Shown piece after piece: positions 61,205 through 64,000 of a DNA stretch of 64,000 bases. Every line of letters starts with the position of its first letter. Positions within the stretch are counted from its first letter, which is position 1. Source of the stretch: Pontiella sp. (GTDB lineage: Bacteria; Verrucomicrobiota; Kiritimatiellia; Kiritimatiellales; Pontiellaceae); contig JBNKHE010000007.1 of NCBI GenBank assembly GCA_050290185.1, positions 96,001 to 160,000 of the forward strand, given 5' to 3'. Under the pieces are notes generated by a model. The model worked only from the letters and a program-made list of their open reading frames with translations, ran no database searches and was not told the DNA's origin. The position numbers and the translations under genes were made by a program.

Positions 61205-62961
61205 GTCCACAAGCGGGATTTGGGTTTCTGGATGAATGGCGGACGGAATCAAAACCAGTTGCGAAAGATGGCGAGTTGGTGGTGGATCTGTTTTGCGGCG
61301 GCGGCGGGGCATCGGTCGGGATCGAGGAAGCGATCGGAACTGCGGTAGACATCGCAATTAACCACTCAAAAGATGCGATCTACTACCACGAGCGGAACCA
61401 TCCGACCACGGAGCACTACACTACCGATGTCTTTGACGTGAATCCGCTGGGCGCAACGCGCGGTCGACCGGTGGGACTGCTTTGGCTTTCTCCGGACTGT
61501 ACGCACTTTTCAAAGGCGAAGGGCAAAGCCCCGAAAAAGAAGAACATTCGTAGCTTGGCTACAGTGGGTCTTTGGTGGGCGCGCCTTGTTCGCCCGCGGG
61601 TGATCGTGCTGGAGAACGTCGAAGAGTTCATGACGTGGGGCCGGCTGGACAAGCGGACCAACCAGCCAGACAAACGCAAGAGCGGCGAATATTTCCACAA
61701 GTTCGTGCGCCGGCTGGAACAGCATGGCTACCAGGTTGAATGGCGTGTACGCAAAGCATGCGACCGAGGAGCCCCGACAATCCGCAAACGGTTCTATCTG
61801 GTTGCGCGGTGCGATGGTGAGCCGATTGTATGGACAAAGCAGACGCACGGCAAACGCCGCGGCCTGAAGCCATATCATACCGCTGCCGAGTGCATTGACT
61901 TCAGCAAGCCGGCGGTTTCCATCTTCGCCACAAAAGAAGAGTGCAAAGCGGCTGGAATCCGCGCGGTGCGCCCATTGGCGGACAACACCATGCAGCGGGT
62001 TGCTCGCGGGGTCTGGAAATACGTCATCGACAATCCGGATCCGTTTATCGTTCCGCCCGGGAAGATGCCCTTCATCACGGAGATGGCGAACGGTTCAAGC
62101 CAGCGCAACATGCCGGCGGATGAACCGCTTCGGACTGTATGCGCCCAGGTCAAGGGCGGTCACTTTGCCTTGGTAGATGCGCTCCTTGAAAAGCACGCGC
62201 CGGCGGAAGTTCAAAGCGCCTTCATTGCGAAGAACTATACCGGAGTGACCGGTACCGACCTACGCGCGCCGCTGGGGGCCGTCACCGGTATTGATCATCA
62301 TTCATTGGTTGCCTGCCATCTGGAGCGGATGCACGGAACGGCGAAGGGCGATCCGATAACCGAGCCGATCGGGGCAATTCTGGCGGATGGGTTGCACCAC
62401 GGGCTCGTGGCCTGCCATCTGGAACAGATGAACGGGGAAAGTACCGGGCTCTCTGTAAATGATCCAATCACGGCCATTACCGCCCAGGTGAACAAGCACG
62501 CTTTGGTTACCTCGCACCTGATGAAGTACCACAAGACGCAGGGCAATGAATCGCGGTGCCATGATCTGCGTGAGCCCATGCCGACGGTGGACGGAAGCAA
62601 CCGGTTTGCCGAGGTCCGCGCGTTCCTCATCAAATACTATGGGCAGGGATGCGGGCAGATCATTGACGGCCCGATCGGCACCATTACCGCACAGGACCGC
62701 TTCGGGTTGGTTCTGGTGAAGGGAGAGCTTTACCGGATCGTGGATATCCTTCTGCGCATGCTCGATCCCGACGAGCTGCTGAAGTGCCAGTTCGGGCGCT
62801 TTGCCGACGGCTACCAGATTGACGGACTCACGAAAACCAAAGCGGTGAAGATGATTGGGAACAGCGTATGCCCGACCGAAGCCTATGACATCGTGAAGGC
62901 CAATTTTAAGCGGAAATCGGCGCGGCAGCTCCAGGCGGCAGAAGAGGCGGTGGCGGCGTGA
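61201..62961 (+). CDS. Phage DNA cytosine-5 methyltransferase
   Basis: DLFCGGGG, SPDC, ENV, RKRFY and IGNSV motifs; repeated variable-region units. Confidence 0.93.
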   Translation: MSPQAGFGFLDEWRTESKPVAKDGELVVDLFCGGGGASVGIEEAIGTAVDIAINHSKDAIYYHERNHPTTEHYTTDVFDVNPLGATRGRPVGLLWLSPDCTHFSKAKGKAPKKKNIRSLATVGLWWARLVRPRVIVLENVEEFMTWGRLDKRTNQPDKRKSGEYFHKFVRRLEQHGYQVEWRVRKACDRGAPTIRKRFYLVARCDGEPIVWTKQTHGKRRGLKPYHTAAECIDFSKPAVSIFATKEECKAAGIRAVRPLADNTMQRVARGVWKYVIDNPDPFIVPPGKMPFITEMANGSSQRNMPADEPLRTVCAQVKGGHFALVDALLEKHAPAEVQSAFIAKNYTGVTGTDLRAPLGAVTGIDHHSLVACHLERMHGTAKGDPITEPIGAILADGLHHGLVACHLEQMNGESTGLSVNDPITAITAQVNKHALVTSHLMKYHKTQGNESRCHDLREPMPTVDGSNRFAEVRAFLIKYYGQGCGQIIDGPIGTITAQDRFGLVLVKGELYRIVDILLRMLDPDELLKCQFGRFADGYQIDGLTKTKAVKMIGNSVCPTEAYDIVKANFKRKSARQLQAAEEAVAA

Positions 62962-63188
62962 GTAGGTATGCGCATTTGATCGGCAATCGGCACAACCCGA
63001 AAGGGAATCCCAATCCGGGAAACATGCGTCCATGCATTGTGCGCGATGGTGATGTTGAAACGCGATATCCGAGCGTTGCGGCGGTTGCGCGGGCTCTGGG
63101 AATGAAGCAGGAACAGGTGCATGGGATGCTTTCAGGGCGGTGCGGAAAGCGCAGCCGGTTCAAGGTTGAATATGCGGAAGGGGTGTAA
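62958..63188 (+). CDS. Small HTH (NUMOD1-like) protein
   Basis: YPSVAAVARALGM. Confidence 0.6.
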   Translation: MSRYAHLIGNRHNPKGNPNPGNMRPCIVRDGDVETRYPSVAAVARALGMKQEQVHGMLSGRCGKRSRFKVEYAEGV

Positions 63189-63190
63189 GC

Positions 63191-63403
63191 GTGAAGCCAT
63201 TGGATTTGATTCATGGGATTAATGTGCAGTGCGGTTGGTGCCCAACTTCACAGTTCATCGACACATCCGACCGAGACGTGGCGGAGCGTATTGCGAGGGA
63301 AAGTGGATGGCGGAATGTGCGGACCAATGATGAAGAGGGAACAGCGTGCCCTAGCTGTCGGCGTGAGAAGTCTGACGCTGGTGTCATCAAGGAGGTTTGC
63401 TAG
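63191..63403 (+). CDS. Phage Zn-finger protein
   Basis: CGWC...GW...CPSC. Confidence 0.65.
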   Translation: MKPLDLIHGINVQCGWCPTSQFIDTSDRDVAERIARESGWRNVRTNDEEGTACPSCRREKSDAGVIKEVC

Positions 63404-64000
63404 TGACGCCGTACTACGAAGATTCGAGTTGTGTGATTTATCACGGGGATTGCCGGGAAGTACTGGCGTCTCTGGACCTGCAGGCGGACTTGGTGCTTAC
63501 GGACCCGCCGTACAGCTCGGGCGGACTGACGCGGAGCGATCGGAACCAGAAGACCACGGCGAAATACCAGCTGACATCGAACGTTTCGTATCATCCGGAG
63601 TTTTCGGGCGACAACCGGGATCAGCGCTCGTTTCTGCTTTGGTGTGATTTGTGGATGCGTGACTGCCTGGCGAAGTCGAAGGCGGGCACGGTGCTGATAT
63701 CGTTCACGGACTGGCGGCAGTTGCCGACGATGGTTGACGCGGTGCAGGTTGCCGGCTGGGTGTACCGCGGCATAAACGTCTGGGACAAGACGGAAAGCGC
63801 GCGCCCCCAGAAGGGGTGGTTCCGTGCGCAAGCGGAGTACATGGTACTTGCATCGGCGGGCCCGCTGGATGCCGATCCGACCGGACAGTGTGCGCCTGGT
63901 GTTTTTCGCCAGCGGGTGGTGCCGAATGAAAAACTGCACATGACGGCAAAGCCGGTTTCCCTCCTTTCCTCGATTATCCAGACCTCGCCGAAGTTCCAGC
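63403..64000 (+). CDS. Amino (N6A/N4C) DNA methyltransferase, beta class, partial
   Basis: Manual translation from GTG 63403: MTPYYEDSSCVIYHGDC...DLVLTDPPYSSGG...WDK...HMTAKP. Confidence 0.88.
   Translation, partial: MTPYYEDSSCVIYHGDCREVLASLDLQADLVLTDPPYSSGGLTRSDRNQKTTAKYQLTSNVSYHPEFSGDNRDQRSFLLWCDLWMRDCLAKSKAGTVLISFTDWRQLPTMVDAVQVAGWVYRGINVWDKTESARPQKGWFRAQAEYMVLASAGPLDADPTGQCAPGVFRQRVVPNEKLHMTAKPVSLLSSIIQTSPKFQ

Larger units (their letters stand above)
55983..64000. mobile_element. Prophage, left arm (continues beyond the window)
   Basis: Integrase, divergent cI/cro pair, tightly packed early genes, HD protein and two DNA methyltransferases. Confidence 0.85.

Overview
Bacterial chromosome segment, probably from a Kiritimatiellota/PVC-type organism (inferred from gene content only). 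The host backbone carries mutS (partial), ybeY-7TM-HD-phoH, PFOR, an ArsR/thioredoxin/CcdA/permease cluster, ddl-ftsQ-ftsA-ftsZ, type II secretion pseudopilin genes, dapL, glyQS, tlyA, rnc, mtaB, pyrE and rnpB. It has two insertions. (1) A complete ~15.6 kb island (15736-31375) sits in the last codons of ddl. It restores the ddl C-terminus synonymously and creates a hybrid sigma70 promoter for ftsQAZ at attR. It shows several separate signs of a link to T7-like phages (Autographiviridae): a C-terminal fragment of a T7-type RNA polymerase, an adjacent T7/T3-like promoter pointing through a structured leader into a divergent superfamily-A polymerase operon, a small ORF resembling the T7 scaffold C-terminal motif, and structured intergenic regions. 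Its cargo is a CBASS (CD-NTase + SLATT), an 801-aa Zn-ribbon/PD-(D/E)xK protein, a K+ channel pair and an Abi-alpha-like gene. My best hypothesis is an undescribed satellite/defence island triggered by a T7-like phage RNAP; this is inference. (2) The left arm of a prophage starts directly after rnpB and runs off the window.
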